Shown in pieces: positions 28,285-40,500 of a DNA stretch of 64,000 bases. The number at the start of each line of letters is the position of its first letter. Position 1 is the first letter of the stretch. A program made the position numbers and the translations under genes. The DNA lies in NCBI GenBank assembly GCA_020057405.1, contig JAGVFW010000003.1, positions 141,893-205,892 of the forward strand, read 5' to 3'. The notes under the pieces were generated by a model. That model was not told where the DNA came from. It ran no database searches and was given only the letters and a program-made list of their open reading frames with translations. The stretch is from an archaeon. Its GTDB lineage: Archaea; Micrarchaeota; Micrarchaeia; Norongarragalinales; UBA97.

Positions 28285-31200
28285 ATGGGTTTGGCCGAGC
28301 AATACGAGGAGTTTCTTGACAAGCTTGATGAACAAGGTTTTCCAAGCCCAAAGATACTAGTTCCCGCACTCGCAATCTTAGCCGTTCTTGCAATAGCCTT
28401 CTTCGCCCTCCCGCTCTTGCAGGGAGTTGCCGGGGGCGGCTCGAAAAAAATACTTCTTGAAGTCCAGGACGCGGGCGGAACTAAAGTCTCCGGCGCTAAG
28501 GTAACACTCCTAACGATTGACGGCACGAAAGTCGATTCAACGGTAACCGACTCAAGCGGCGTTGCCTCTTTTGCCTCCGCACCTGCAAAGGAACTGCAGG
28601 TGACTGTCGAGGCGCCCACCTACAAGGCAGGGTTAATCACGCTTTCCTTCGATAGCCTTGGCGATACGGTCACACTCGAGTCCGACAACGCGCTTGCCAA
28701 AGTAAGCCGCGTGCAGGTTGCAGTCATCGACGAGGCCAGCTTCCCTGTTGCCGGCGCCGCAGTGCGCTTAACTACGTCAGCAGGCGACCGCTCTAGCGTC
28801 ACCGACGCTACAGGCATTGCAGAATTCCCGTTTGAAACGCTTCCCGACTCCGCAAGCTTAACTGCGCAGCGCACAAGCTATGACGACGGGGTACTGCAGG
28901 GCGTTACCAAGCTCGAGCTCCAAGGCGCCGCTGACACGCCCATCAGAATCATCCTCAAGAAGCCGGCGCCAACCCCGGCGGCAACTGCAACAGTTCGCGT
29001 CACCATCCTCTCGCCAACTGGCGCCCCCGTAACCGGCGTCCTCGTTTCTCTCGTTGACAGCGCGGGTTCAACTGCGGGAAGCATGCAATCAACGCAGGGA
29101 GCGGCAGTGTTTGACAGCATGGTCCAAGGCAAGACTTACTTCGTGCGCGTGAACGACCCCAAGGGGGCATTCGAGGCGTTTGACGGCCCTGCCTTTACAG
29201 TCGACGCCAACTACAAGGAACTTCAAGTGCAGCTAAAGCGAAAGGCCGCCGAGAAAGTCTACGGCATTGCCGTCGGAATTGAGAACGCAAGAGGCGACCC
29301 CATTCCCGAAGCACAAGTGTCGTTATACTCGCGGGCGACAAACGCCCTCGTTGACACGAAATTCACTGACGAGAACGGCGCCGCGCTCTTTGACGCAACA
29401 GCCACCGAAAGCTACTACGTCACCGCATTCAAGGAAAGCTACTTGCCGGGATTCAAGGCGTCCGCAAAGACGGGAGACAGCATTACACTCACACTTGAAG
29501 AACAGGCTGCGGGCAACTTCGCAGACGCGATAGTGACTGTAACGCAGGACGGCAATCCCGCTTCGGGCGCTGTTGTGTCGCTCGTCGTGCGCGGAGGCTC
29601 GCGAAACGGCTTTTTCCTCGGCCTGCCGACTCTTTACGCCGGTCCCGACGGCATTGCGAGAACGATAGTGCCACGCAAGCTTGACTCTGCTGACTACAAG
29701 CTCGCTGCCTACGCGACTTTGGCCGAAAAGACGGGCGAGAGCGACGCTGTTGCAGTAGGGCAGGAGGGAGCGAAACTGCAGGTCGCTCTAAAGGCGCCCC
29801 AAGCATTTGTTGAGGCAATAGTCACCGACAAGCTCTCCGGCCGCAACGTCTCAAGCGCACTTGCGCAGGCCTTTGCCAACGGCTCTGTCGCCGGCAGCTG
29901 CATCACAGACGCCCGGGGTGACTGCACGATGACGCTTGAAGCCGGCCGACAGTATACCTTTACTATCGGCGCGCCCGGCTACATTGACTCGACTACCGTC
30001 CCCCGGACGCTGGCCGCCAACGAGCACTCGGCAATCAACGCCGCGCTCTATTCCGAGGCCGACTTGAAGGGGGCGAAAGCCGAGTTTCTTGGCGTCTTTG
30101 ACGCTGGCGAAAACCGCGTTCTTGAAATCGACAACGCGCAAAGCTATCGTGCGCGCTTCCTTCTCTCCGCCCAGCAAGGCAACACGCTTGCCGGCATTCA
30201 CTTCCGCGTTGGCAGCGGCACTGACACCGCGCACAACGAGGCGTTCATCACTAAAATCAACGCGCCCGGCGCGACCATGGTAGGCTACGGCCCGGCCCTT
30301 GCGGCGCAAGGCTGCGACGTGCAGGCGAACTCTTCAAACCAGGACGTGCTTGCAAAGTGGGCTGAAGCGGCCTACCCCGCGGGAATCACTTCAAGCAAGC
30401 AAATCGAGTTCACTTTCCGCGTAAAAAACGACGTGCCGGCAGGCACGCACGTTCCAATCGAATACCGCGCTTACGCTTACAAGACGGGCTTGCCGATGCT
30501 ATCGCCCCTTGACAAGACCAAGGCAGCGGAACTGCTAAACAAGGCGCAGGGAAATGCCCAAATCACTGCCGCAGACTATTGCGGTGCTGCAAGGGACAAC
30601 GCCGACCTGCGCCTCACTAGCCGGCCCCTTGCCTGCGACTCGACCGGCCTGTGCACGCGCTTCTCTTTCGCCAGCACCACGGGCTTAAGCGGCGGCAACG
30701 GGTTCCCCATCGAGCTTGGCAAGGAATTCTCGCTGCAGTTTACCATAATCTCCCCGCAGGGAATAGACTACACTGGCATTTCCACCGCAAACGCGCAAGT
30801 GCTCGGCTTTGACTACAACACCACCGCGGCATTTAGCGGCACTCCGCTTTCTTCACTAAAGCTGGCAACAGAGACAACCGGCGAGCAGGCCCTTGCAATC
30901 AGCGCCTCGCCCGGGGAGCGGGTTGACGGCACTGTGCGCATGAAGGCAACGCAGCCCGGCGTGCGCGCGCCAGTTGACTTCTTCATCCACGTGCCCGGCG
31001 GCGATGCCAGGCGCGCGCCACTCTTCGTGCGCGTCACTGGCACTAACGCGTTTACGCCCACCACGCAATTTTCCGAATTAATCCTCGGCGTTGACACTAA
31101 CGAGCGCATTACGATAGTTGACAAGCTGGGCAAGCCCGTTACCGACGCGACTTTAACACTCACCGAGTGCAGCGGCTCGCCCCTTGGAGGCAACGAAATC

Positions 31201-34200
31201 ATCATTGCGGGAGACGGGTCGACCAACCGAGGCAGAAGCGGCGTTTACCTCATTTCACTTAAGCCATCGGCCATGGGAAGGATGGGAGTGCGGCTAGAGC
31301 ACACGGACTTTGACACTTTCGAGTCCTGCGGCATCACCGTAATCGCAGGCAATTTCATCACAGTAGACCCTGACACCGCCGACTTCTCCGGCAGCTCGAC
31401 GCCCCAGCAAGTGCTGCCCATTCACATTGCCTCGACACTGCCGATGCAGTCGCGCGTGAGCACCGCAGTTCGCTGCAGCGTCGGCGGCTCTTACGTTCCA
31501 AGCTCTCTCCTCTCAGTCGAGCCCGCACAATTCACGCTCGATGCATCCGACCGCGATGTTTCGATCAAGCTCACCGAGGGGGGGCGCGCGCAAACCGAGT
31601 GCGTCGTTGTCTTCACGGGCACTGCAGGCAGCGTGAGGACTGTTGCAACGGTCTTTGCAACAATAAACGTCACGTCGCCTCCGACTGCGCAGGAAACCTA
31701 TCCGCCCGTCCCCTCAAGCATCAGGCTTGCGGTAGACGACACGGGCGTAGCGCAGGCGTTCTACTACATTGGCGACTTGGGCGAAGTGCGCGGCTGCCGC
31801 TTTGCACCATCAGGAACCAACCCCATTGACGAGACTGCAATCCAGATGCAGTGCGGCGGGCAAGTACTCTCACTCGCTGTTGCATACAACTTTGCGACCC
31901 AATGCCTTCCCTCGTCCGGCGCGACTGGCCGGATTTTCGTCTCAAGGACAGTCAATGGCTTGCCACAAGCTGACGCCGCAATCGGGCTCGTCTTGACTCC
32001 CGGAAGCGGCGCCAACATTTGCAGCGGGACAAGCGCGACCCCAACGCCAACTCCCGAAGGCGGGGCGACTCCGACTCCTGTTCCAACCGGTTCGCCAAGC
32101 CCGACTCCAAACGGCTATCCGCAATTGCCCTCGCGCGTTGACTTGTTCCTAGACGACTTCGCTTTTGCTGAAAGCTATTATTCCCTTAGCCCTGTTGACG
32201 GCCCCATTTCGGGGTGCGAACTTCGCGCGACGGGGAGCGGCACTGACTCAATAGTGAACTTCGTGCGCATTGACAGCGACGCTTGCGCAAACGGGTTCCT
32301 TCACGTCATTGCCGACTATAGCGGCTTCCCGGTGCCCCCCGGCCTCTACAAGTCGCTTAAGCAGACTGCGCAAGTGCGGCTTCTGCGCGCAGGACAAACT
32401 GCAGTCACGCGCGAGCTGTCAATAAGTGCCAGTCGCATGACCGACATTCCGGCAGACGCGCCACGTTGTGGCGACGGAGTGTGTGATTCCGAGCGCGGTG
32501 AAGATGGCGCTTCATGCAGTGCCGATTGCCCGCTTGTCTCAAGCTGCACTGACGGTATCCGCAACGGCGCCGAGGACGGCGTTGACTGCGGCGGAGGCTG
32601 CGCAAAGAACTGCACTTTCTCGGGCTATCCTGCGCTTCCGGCAACGGTTTCCTTGCGGCTTAACGACGAGGGCCTGGCGCGAAAGACTTACAGCCTCAAG
32701 CCAGTGATGGACGCCGGCTGCAAGCCCGCATCGTGTGAAGTGCGCGCGTCGTACCTTGACTCGCAAAACCCGCTCACCGCGATTCCAAACTTTGTCTCAG
32801 TTGACTCCGGCCAATGCGCTTTGGGATTGGCGCAAGTGAGTGCGGACTACGGCACGTTCCAGAACCTCTACCGCACTTACGTTGGCATGGGCTCGCTTTA
32901 CGTGCAGTGCGAGGATGGCTCTTTCGTGACGCGGCCGCTTCGAGTGTCGGCAGCTGACATGGCAAGCCTGCCTGAGGACCCCGCGACTTGCACTGACCGC
33001 ATCAAGAACCAGCACGAGGAGAATGTCGACTGCGGCGGCCCGTGCAACGCGTGCCCCGCGGCACCCACGTGCACGGATGGAGTCAAGAACGGCAACGAGA
33101 CTGGCGTTGACTGCGGCAGCCAGTGCGGCATTTGCGCCGAGAGTCTTTATGAGGCGCTGCCAAACGAAATCAAGCTTTACTTGAACAACGACAGGTTTGC
33201 CGAATCGACTTACCACACCAAACTATTGTCGGTCAAGCCCGTCACTTGCTCGCAGTTGCGTCCTGCCGGGTTCTTCGAGGACCAGGAACCGTCAACGCTG
33301 ATTACAAATTACGTCCAGCTTGACTGCAGCGGCGGCATCGTGCACGTCACCGCGGATTACGCAGGCTTCCCGACTGAATTATTGTGGCGCGGCCTTTCCC
33401 ACGGAGGCAGCTTCCAGGTGAGCTTCGAGCCCATTGCCGGTAGCGGTGCGGTAGGCGGAGTTTCTTCAGGCGTCCAGCCCGGGCCCATGCTAAAGAAAAC
33501 AATCCGCGTGATTGTGAGTGCGTCTAATGTTGACGGCGCGCAAATGACTCAGCCCGTCACCGGCATTGACTCGCTTCCAAACTCGATTGTCCTAAACGTT
33601 TACTCGCAGCAAAGCACTCAGCCCGGCCAGTTCGGCGGCGGAAGCGCGTTTGGCATTGACACGGGCAACCAGCGGACGGTGAAAGTCAAGTTCTTGCGCG
33701 AACCCGATTGCACTCTACAGGGCTTCCTTGGGGCTGGTGCGGGCGGCCAGTTCGGCGGCGGCATTCCGGGCATGCCTTACGGCGCGCCACAAATCGCGTT
33801 CCAGCCGCAATCCTACTGGCAGGGCGCCCCACTGGCAGATGCAGCGGCAATACTCTACCCCGCAAGCGTTCCCCAGTCTTGCAGGGTTCCGGACGTGCTT
33901 ACTAACCCCGAACTTTGTCCCGTTTGCCAGCAATACTTGCCCGGATTCAACTACTTTGAGCCCGGCGCCTTCTCCAAACAGTCAATGCAGGAACAGCGGC
34001 CGGCTCTGCAAACACAATACCCGTGGGTTGCAGGCGGCAATCCCGGCTACAACAGCTTCCAGCAGCCCTACGGCGGCTATTCCGGCTACGCTGGCCAGTC
34101 GCAACTTGGTTATGGCAGCAGCCAGGGCAGCTTTGCCGGAATGCAGCAGCAAGTCAATCCAGTTGCAATAGGCTTCCCAACCGGCCTGCCCCCAGGATGC

Positions 34201-36237
34201 CAGTTGCCCTACGTTTGCAGCAACCCGCAAGCTTGCCAGCTGAGTTACTGCAACGCACTCGTTGTCGGCGGCAAGGCGGCCCTGCAGGCGGCCGGAGCGC
34301 AAGTGAGCATGCAGCCGACGGTAAGCTGCAGCAGGGACGAAATTACGGTTGTCGCAAACTACTTGGGCACCACGCCAACTAGCGGCTTTACGCAAACCAA
34401 CACGCTCAAAGTAAGTGAGACCACACCCTCAGGTAAGGTGCGCACAAAGAATGTTCAAGTGCTCATCAACGTCTTAAGCTCATTTAGTTCCAACAGCATT
34501 CCGACACAGTCGTTCCAGCCAATGTGGTGCAGCCAACCCATTGCGGGACTGCAAAGGGGCCAAGTAATCCGCGTCACTGACTATGACACTGACAAGACGG
34601 GCGTGCCAAAGTCGATTGAAATCAAGCTCAACCCGATTACCATGAAGGGCGAGTACTCGACCGTGATTCCGGTCAAGTCGCCCGACGGCTCGCGTGTGCC
34701 CCTTTTGTGCGACAAGAGCCAAATGAGCCTCAGGGGCGGGCCTGACGTGCAACTTGATTGCGGCGATTCAGGCGCGCTGCACTTCGTCCTAGACTATTCG
34801 GGCACTAGCGTTGCGGGCCAGTGGCAGTCCGCGCCCGACTTCCCGCAAAGCATTTCCGATTCAGGCACTTTCCGCATCAAGCTCACTTCAGCCGGCCCAA
34901 CCCTCGAATTCCCCGTTGCAGTCAAAGTCGTCCCAGATGACTTCGCGCCATGGCAGATTGCGCTAATGGTTGACGCAAAGACTGGCAAGGCCGTTAGCAG
35001 CGAGTTCAAGTCGAGCACTAAGCTCTCGACGACGATGCTCAAGTCCATCATGGCCGCCGCGACAAGCATTAGCGCTTCCGCAAACGGCAATTCGTTCTTC
35101 ATCGACGCAGCGTTCAAGAAGGGCGACGACTTGAGCAAGGCGAAGGGCACGGCGTTTATCGCCACGCGGCCCAAGCGTGAAATCGCAATCTACGCAGCGC
35201 AAGTGCCCAACAAGATGACTGTTACGCTTGCCAAGAGCGGAGATTCAATCACGATTGCGCCAAATGGCTGTAGCGACGGTGCCACCAAGTGGGACCCCGA
35301 AGGCGACAGCGACACTTGCGCATACCGCTTCTACCCCAAGGCAACGTCGTTCTCGCTGCCGGTTGGGTGCAGGCTTGACGCCAAGACCAGCGTGTCTGCA
35401 AGGCCTAGTGGCGATCAGTTCGCAACCGACGTGATTCTCTTTGACACAGGCGGCCCCACCTGCAACGCGGGCAAAGGCATCTTCCTCAAGCTCGACCCGC
35501 AGGCAGTTGCCGAAATCATGGCGCAAAACGCCGCGACGCCATTCGAGTTACTCAAGCTGCCGTTCCAAGTTACGCTGCAGGTTGGCGACGACCCGGCAAC
35601 CGCATCGTCTTACACCATCCACGGCATGGCACTCGGTCCCAAGGCAAGCGCTTACTCAACAGCAGCTGATGCGGAAATGACACTCAAGGCACCCCTTGGC
35701 ACCGCCGACTTTGACGAGGAGACGGGCACTGCAAAGGCGACGCTTGCCGCGCCCTCAAAGAGGACTGCGGCACCCAGCCCCATAAAGGCGGGCGCCAACC
35801 GCTATGTCGGAGTCAAGTTCCCCAAGATTGTTGACGCAGGTGCGACGGGCACCAGCACTGCCGGCCTGCGCGTTGCAACCGAGGACGGCACCACGCTCTT
35901 CGCTTGGGGCAGCTTCAAGTGCGCTTCTGACGACAAGGGCTGCAAGCCACTGAAGCTGGAAGAGGACATCGGCCCCGATGGTATACACTACTTCAAAGTG
36001 CCGTTTGGCAAGGCCGCAAAGTATACTGTAGAGTCGACGGCACGCATTAGCGGCAAGAAACTTTCCGCAAAGGTAGACGTGCCGACCGACAGCGACGCCA
36101 ATGTCGAGAAGCAGAAACCACCGGCAACAACGCCAGTCAAGAACTTAAACGGGCAGTCGGTAGCACCAAACACGCCGCCAGCGAAAACAACGACGGCTAA
36201 GGGCAAAAAGCCACTCAACGTAATAGGATTCGGATAG
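28285..36237 (+). CDS. Giant N-anchored surface protein A (~2650 aa; carboxypeptidase-regulatory-like Ig domains, Cys-rich repeats)
   Basis: N-terminal TM; repeated V-x-D-x-x-G-x-P-V-x-G-A-x-V...T-D-x-x-G-x-A domains; CxDGxxNxxExxVDCGGxC repeats. Confidence 0.85.
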   Translation: MGLAEQYEEFLDKLDEQGFPSPKILVPALAILAVLAIAFFALPLLQGVAGGGSKKILLEVQDAGGTKVSGAKVTLLTIDGTKVDSTVTDSSGVASFASAPAKELQVTVEAPTYKAGLITLSFDSLGDTVTLESDNALAKVSRVQVAVIDEASFPVAGAAVRLTTSAGDRSSVTDATGIAEFPFETLPDSASLTAQRTSYDDGVLQGVTKLELQGAADTPIRIILKKPAPTPAATATVRVTILSPTGAPVTGVLVSLVDSAGSTAGSMQSTQGAAVFDSMVQGKTYFVRVNDPKGAFEAFDGPAFTVDANYKELQVQLKRKAAEKVYGIAVGIENARGDPIPEAQVSLYSRATNALVDTKFTDENGAALFDATATESYYVTAFKESYLPGFKASAKTGDSITLTLEEQAAGNFADAIVTVTQDGNPASGAVVSLVVRGGSRNGFFLGLPTLYAGPDGIARTIVPRKLDSADYKLAAYATLAEKTGESDAVAVGQEGAKLQVALKAPQAFVEAIVTDKLSGRNVSSALAQAFANGSVAGSCITDARGDCTMTLEAGRQYTFTIGAPGYIDSTTVPRTLAANEHSAINAALYSEADLKGAKAEFLGVFDAGENRVLEIDNAQSYRARFLLSAQQGNTLAGIHFRVGSGTDTAHNEAFITKINAPGATMVGYGPALAAQGCDVQANSSNQDVLAKWAEAAYPAGITSSKQIEFTFRVKNDVPAGTHVPIEYRAYAYKTGLPMLSPLDKTKAAELLNKAQGNAQITAADYCGAARDNADLRLTSRPLACDSTGLCTRFSFASTTGLSGGNGFPIELGKEFSLQFTIISPQGIDYTGISTANAQVLGFDYNTTAAFSGTPLSSLKLATETTGEQALAISASPGERVDGTVRMKATQPGVRAPVDFFIHVPGGDARRAPLFVRVTGTNAFTPTTQFSELILGVDTNERITIVDKLGKPVTDATLTLTECSGSPLGGNEIIIAGDGSTNRGRSGVYLISLKPSAMGRMGVRLEHTDFDTFESCGITVIAGNFITVDPDTADFSGSSTPQQVLPIHIASTLPMQSRVSTAVRCSVGGSYVPSSLLSVEPAQFTLDASDRDVSIKLTEGGRAQTECVVVFTGTAGSVRTVATVFATINVTSPPTAQETYPPVPSSIRLAVDDTGVAQAFYYIGDLGEVRGCRFAPSGTNPIDETAIQMQCGGQVLSLAVAYNFATQCLPSSGATGRIFVSRTVNGLPQADAAIGLVLTPGSGANICSGTSATPTPTPEGGATPTPVPTGSPSPTPNGYPQLPSRVDLFLDDFAFAESYYSLSPVDGPISGCELRATGSGTDSIVNFVRIDSDACANGFLHVIADYSGFPVPPGLYKSLKQTAQVRLLRAGQTAVTRELSISASRMTDIPADAPRCGDGVCDSERGEDGASCSADCPLVSSCTDGIRNGAEDGVDCGGGCAKNCTFSGYPALPATVSLRLNDEGLARKTYSLKPVMDAGCKPASCEVRASYLDSQNPLTAIPNFVSVDSGQCALGLAQVSADYGTFQNLYRTYVGMGSLYVQCEDGSFVTRPLRVSAADMASLPEDPATCTDRIKNQHEENVDCGGPCNACPAAPTCTDGVKNGNETGVDCGSQCGICAESLYEALPNEIKLYLNNDRFAESTYHTKLLSVKPVTCSQLRPAGFFEDQEPSTLITNYVQLDCSGGIVHVTADYAGFPTELLWRGLSHGGSFQVSFEPIAGSGAVGGVSSGVQPGPMLKKTIRVIVSASNVDGAQMTQPVTGIDSLPNSIVLNVYSQQSTQPGQFGGGSAFGIDTGNQRTVKVKFLREPDCTLQGFLGAGAGGQFGGGIPGMPYGAPQIAFQPQSYWQGAPLADAAAILYPASVPQSCRVPDVLTNPELCPVCQQYLPGFNYFEPGAFSKQSMQEQRPALQTQYPWVAGGNPGYNSFQQPYGGYSGYAGQSQLGYGSSQGSFAGMQQQVNPVAIGFPTGLPPGCQLPYVCSNPQACQLSYCNALVVGGKAALQAAGAQVSMQPTVSCSRDEITVVANYLGTTPTSGFTQTNTLKVSETTPSGKVRTKNVQVLINVLSSFSSNSIPTQSFQPMWCSQPIAGLQRGQVIRVTDYDTDKTGVPKSIEIKLNPITMKGEYSTVIPVKSPDGSRVPLLCDKSQMSLRGGPDVQLDCGDSGALHFVLDYSGTSVAGQWQSAPDFPQSISDSGTFRIKLTSAGPTLEFPVAVKVVPDDFAPWQIALMVDAKTGKAVSSEFKSSTKLSTTMLKSIMAAATSISASANGNSFFIDAAFKKGDDLSKAKGTAFIATRPKREIAIYAAQVPNKMTVTLAKSGDSITIAPNGCSDGATKWDPEGDSDTCAYRFYPKATSFSLPVGCRLDAKTSVSARPSGDQFATDVILFDTGGPTCNAGKGIFLKLDPQAVAEIMAQNAATPFELLKLPFQVTLQVGDDPATASSYTIHGMALGPKASAYSTAADAEMTLKAPLGTADFDEETGTAKATLAAPSKRTAAPSPIKAGANRYVGVKFPKIVDAGATGTSTAGLRVATEDGTTLFAWGSFKCASDDKGCKPLKLEEDIGPDGIHYFKVPFGKAAKYTVESTARISGKKLSAKVDVPTDSDANVEKQKPPATTPVKNLNGQSVAPNTPPAKTTTAKGKKPLNVIGFG

Positions 36238-36239
36238 AA

Positions 36240-37439
36240 ATGAGAAAACTTTTCGCGCTGACTGCTTTCCTTGCGATTGCGGCAATAGTGTCAGCCGCGT
36301 CAATCACTATTGACTCTGCCACTTACGACAAGGACAAGGCGGTCGGGTCAAAGAGCGCAAACCAAGTAATAGGGTTTGTGGAAATTCCCGAAGAACAGAT
36401 TTCCATCGCTGGATTTTTGCTCGACAGCAGCGGCAACTCGCTTAAAACCACGGCGGCACAGGCCTTTGACGGCGCCAAGGGAAAGTTCGCAAAAGTAACG
36501 GTTAACGTCGGCGATTCCAGCAAAAAATCGAAACTCAAGCTCCAGGGGGGCGCGGAATACGAGAGCATGGTTGAACTAAAATTCGGCACTGGCGAGGCAA
36601 CCGGCACCGGCAACAACTACGCAGTAAAGAAGGTAATTGGCGTGTTTGCCGGAGAAAGCGGCCGAAGCCAAATTTCAGCGGCTCCCGCGGGCACTAAAGT
36701 AGTTATTTGGATGGAATTTGACTCGAATGTCGTCAAGGACGGCGGCAAGGTAAACATGAAATTCAATTTCGGGGGCGACAACCTGGATGCAATCGTGGGC
36801 GGGAAAGACACGGCCATAATCAGCAGCAACACATTTGACGTTCCCGTGCGCAAGGACAGGGCTTCAGGAATGCTTTACGGAATCGGGACTTGGACGCTGC
36901 CGGAACTGAGCAAATACGACTACCAGAACACATGGATTGCAGCGATAGAAACGAAAATTTCAGAAGGCTCATGGACGCCATTCACCATCTTGCCCAAAGG
37001 AAAGTACGGCAAGAGCATCTACTTGGGCAACGGCGAGGCACTCCTTGCCCAAAACAGCTTACTGGCAATGAATGTCAACGGAAGGACACGCAAATTCAAG
37101 CTCCTTCAGCACGGCAACGTATTTACAAATGGGGCAATCGGCACTGCAATAAAAGTATTCGACGAAAAAGGCAGCCAATACGACTGCGACGCTTCGGTAT
37201 TCAGCGGCGAACTTCTCCTAGAGCCCGGGGAAACGAAACCCTGCTGGGACGACAAGGCGCACCTTAAGGTAAAAGACATTGGCGGAGCCTATTGCGACGG
37301 GGCGGTATTCACCCAAGGCTCGGTTGTCACAGGAAAAATTATCTTAAACCTAGTTACGTTTGGCATGGGCTCTTGGATACCCATCTACCGGTCCTGCGAC
37401 TACTACGAAGGCAGGTTCAAGATAATCCCCGTAGGCTGA
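36240..37439 (+). CDS. Secreted hypothetical protein
   Basis: Signal peptide MRKLFALTAFLAIAAIVSA; starts 2 nt after the giant gene; looks more A-rich than its neighbours. Confidence 0.75.
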   Translation: MRKLFALTAFLAIAAIVSAASITIDSATYDKDKAVGSKSANQVIGFVEIPEEQISIAGFLLDSSGNSLKTTAAQAFDGAKGKFAKVTVNVGDSSKKSKLKLQGGAEYESMVELKFGTGEATGTGNNYAVKKVIGVFAGESGRSQISAAPAGTKVVIWMEFDSNVVKDGGKVNMKFNFGGDNLDAIVGGKDTAIISSNTFDVPVRKDRASGMLYGIGTWTLPELSKYDYQNTWIAAIETKISEGSWTPFTILPKGKYGKSIYLGNGEALLAQNSLLAMNVNGRTRKFKLLQHGNVFTNGAIGTAIKVFDEKGSQYDCDASVFSGELLLEPGETKPCWDDKAHLKVKDIGGAYCDGAVFTQGSVVTGKIILNLVTFGMGSWIPIYRSCDYYEGRFKIIPVG

Positions 37440-37509
37440 GCTCGGCAATTCGAGTACGCCCCACCAAATTCTTTTTAAACTGCCGAGTGGCTAATTAAAG
37501 CGGTTGTAG

Positions 37510-40500
37510 ATGGGGGAAGGCGAGCAATCAGAAGGCTCTGGCGGCATTTACCACCAGCTTGAGGACAAGTATTACGACTTGTGCGACTGGCTGGTAGAGA
37601 AGGGAATGCCCGTCTACCAGTATTGGGTTGAGCCCATTGAGAAAAATGGCGTCCCCAGCTTTCCAATCAGCGTAATTATTCTCTTCGCGCTTCTTTTCGC
37701 AATCGGTTTTGGCCTCGGCGCATTTGGCGGGGTCGGCAACATATTCGCTCCCCAGACGGCGTCACTTGACGTCTCAGTCCTTGCAGATGGCGCTGCCGTC
37801 GCGGGAGCGCAAGTGAGCCTCACTATAGACGGCGGCAAGACGTTTACAGCCACTACCGACAGCGGCGGCACGGTTTCCTTCTCGGGCCTGCCCAAGGGCG
37901 CGCGCGGCGTCATCGAAGTCACTAAAGACGGTTATGGCGTGCTAAAGCGCGCGGTAGTCATCGGCGAGCCGGTCACGGCAAGCCTTCAGGCGTCTGAAGT
38001 CACTCCCCCGCCAAGCCAAAGGACCGTAGTCACTTTCGTTGACGAAAAGACGCAGACGCCCCTCGATGGCGTCAAAGTCGTTTACCGCGACTCGAAGCTC
38101 GGCGTGCAGGAGCTCGCGAGCTCTGCCGACGGCAAGGCGGAACTGCCGGTCTCTGACGACACGGTCACGATTTTCGTCTCCTACGACAACTACAAGCCCA
38201 CACGCGAAGTCATTACGGCGGGGAGCACGAACAAAATCGTCTTCCTTACGGCAGTGACATCGCCCCCGCCCGAAGGCTGCACTGGAGTTAACTGCCCGCA
38301 GCCAAAGGCAAGCGTTGCAGTCACTGTCGTTGACCCGGACGGCAATCCCGTTGACGGCCTCGTGCAGCTCTTCGAGTCCGGCAACACGGCTGGGCCCAAG
38401 TCGGCCCGCACTGCAAACGGCGTCGCCCTCTTTGAGGACGCAAAAGCTGCTGGCGTCACCGTCTACGCGGTTTTCACTCCAGACGACACTGCTACTTTCG
38501 GCAACGCGCAAAGCGAGTCCCTCACCCTAGCCGAGGGCTCAAACGATTTGGTCGTCACTGTTGCGACAAGGCCGCTTGAAGGCACGATAAAGATTGACTT
38601 GACGGTTCAGGACGATGCCGGGAGCAAGATTAGCGGGGCACGCGTCATGCTCTTTCTTGCCGGCAGCACCGACCCGGTCTCAATCCAGGAGACTAACGAA
38701 CTTGGAATCGCTTCATTTGAGGCGGCCTCAAATGTCGAGAAAGTCGCAATTGCCTACTCCCCCGGACTTCTTCCAAGCGACAAGCTCTTGATGCAGTCAA
38801 CGAGCCAGTACGGCACGCTAGTCCTCAAGAAACCGATTGCCGGAAACAGCGGGAAAGTGAAGGTCGCGGTTACCGACACTGACGGCCACACGCAAGTCGC
38901 CGGGGCGGATGTGGAGTTGCGCTACTTTGAGGACAACTACCCGCTCGGCATGCCACCAATCCAGACTAACGAAGTGGGCGAGGCACTCTTTGAGCTCGTG
39001 CCCCCAGACAAGCGCTTCATTGCAGTAGCTTCATACGGCGCGCAGAGGGGTAAGAGCGCCGGCTTTACGGGCTCTGCAGGCAACACGGTCAACGTGCCCG
39101 TCAAGCTCGACAAGGCCCGCGGCGACATCGCGATTCTAGTGCGCGACCCCATCTCGCACAACCCGATTGCTAACGCGAACGCAACTGCCACGGTCCAACG
39201 CAATCCTGCCGGCCAGTGCGCCACTAACGGCCAGGGCACTTGCGTCATCAAGAACGTCGAGGCAAACACTGCAGTCACTCTCTCGGTAAACGCCCCCGGC
39301 TATGTCGTCAAGACCATCGACGGCCTCTCGGTCCCCGCACTTGGAATCCTAAGTGTCATCATTGAGGACGACCTCGTGCCCGCAGCGCTTGCAAACGAGA
39401 GCCGCCTGCACGTGGCACTCTACGACCCAAGCTGCGGCACACCCATTGCCTCAAGCGCGATTGAAAAGGGCAGGACTTACTGCGTGCGCGTTGACTTCAA
39501 CCTGCCGACAGCGCAGGCAAATCCGGTTGGCTTTAACGTTAGGATAAACGGCGATGGCACGGCTGACGCCGACTTCGCCTCAGTCACTTACTTCCAGGAC
39601 CTCGACGTTTTGCGCCTGACTCCAGACAAGCTAACAATAAAGCGCTCAAACGACTACGCCACAGCTGCCGGCTATTCGTGCGACGACGCGCACAGAAAGA
39701 GCGCGAACAAGCCGATTAAGTGGGTCAACTACGAGTTCCAAAACGTGCAGGGCAACAAGGCCATTCTCCTAAAAGTTTTTGTCAAGCCATCGGCGCAAAA
39801 CGGCGACAAGCTTTCACTCAACTACTTTAGCTACGCAGCCCGGGACGGCCGCTTCTACCGCGTGCCGCAGGATGCCGTGCTTAGCACTCAACGGTCCACC
39901 GCAGCACGCGACTGGTGCCAGGCGACTTCAAGCACTGCGGAGTACACCATTGCGGACGGCACGGTTGCTTACTCCAAGGACGGCGCCCTCGGAATCAGCT
40001 TCTCGCAAGCAAAGGACGGCCCCCGCGCGTCATCGCTTGCAACGCAGCCCGGCAACGGCTTTTTTGTCCACTTTTCGGGCCGCCTCTTTAGCGCCCCGAC
40101 CGCGCCCTTCATCAACGTCTACTTCGCCGACCCCGCGGGCAACAAGCGCGCCTACGCCCTCTTCAATGAATTTTCCTACAGCATCGGCGGCATCAGCCTG
40201 GCCGCAAGCCGCATTGACTTCCAGTCGCCAACGCCCAGTCCCTCTCCCGATCCGACGCCCACGCCAACCCCATCACCAACTGCAACGCCCTCCCCAACGC
40301 CTAATGCTACGGCAACTCCGTCGCCGACTCCACCGCCCGGGCCAACCAACCTCACAGTCACCGTAACCACCTGCTCAAGCGGCTCGCCACTTGCTGGCGC
40401 AACAGTCAATGCTGGCAACGACATCCGCAACACTGATTCCCACGGCGTCGCGTTCTTCCCGGCAATGGCCCCCGGCCAAGTGCAGCTCTCGATTAGCGCA

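Noticed and set aside
40225-40345. C-rich short tandem repeats (also 14660-14760, 22900-23010, 32035-32110)
   Set aside because: They encode Pro/Thr linkers of surface proteins.
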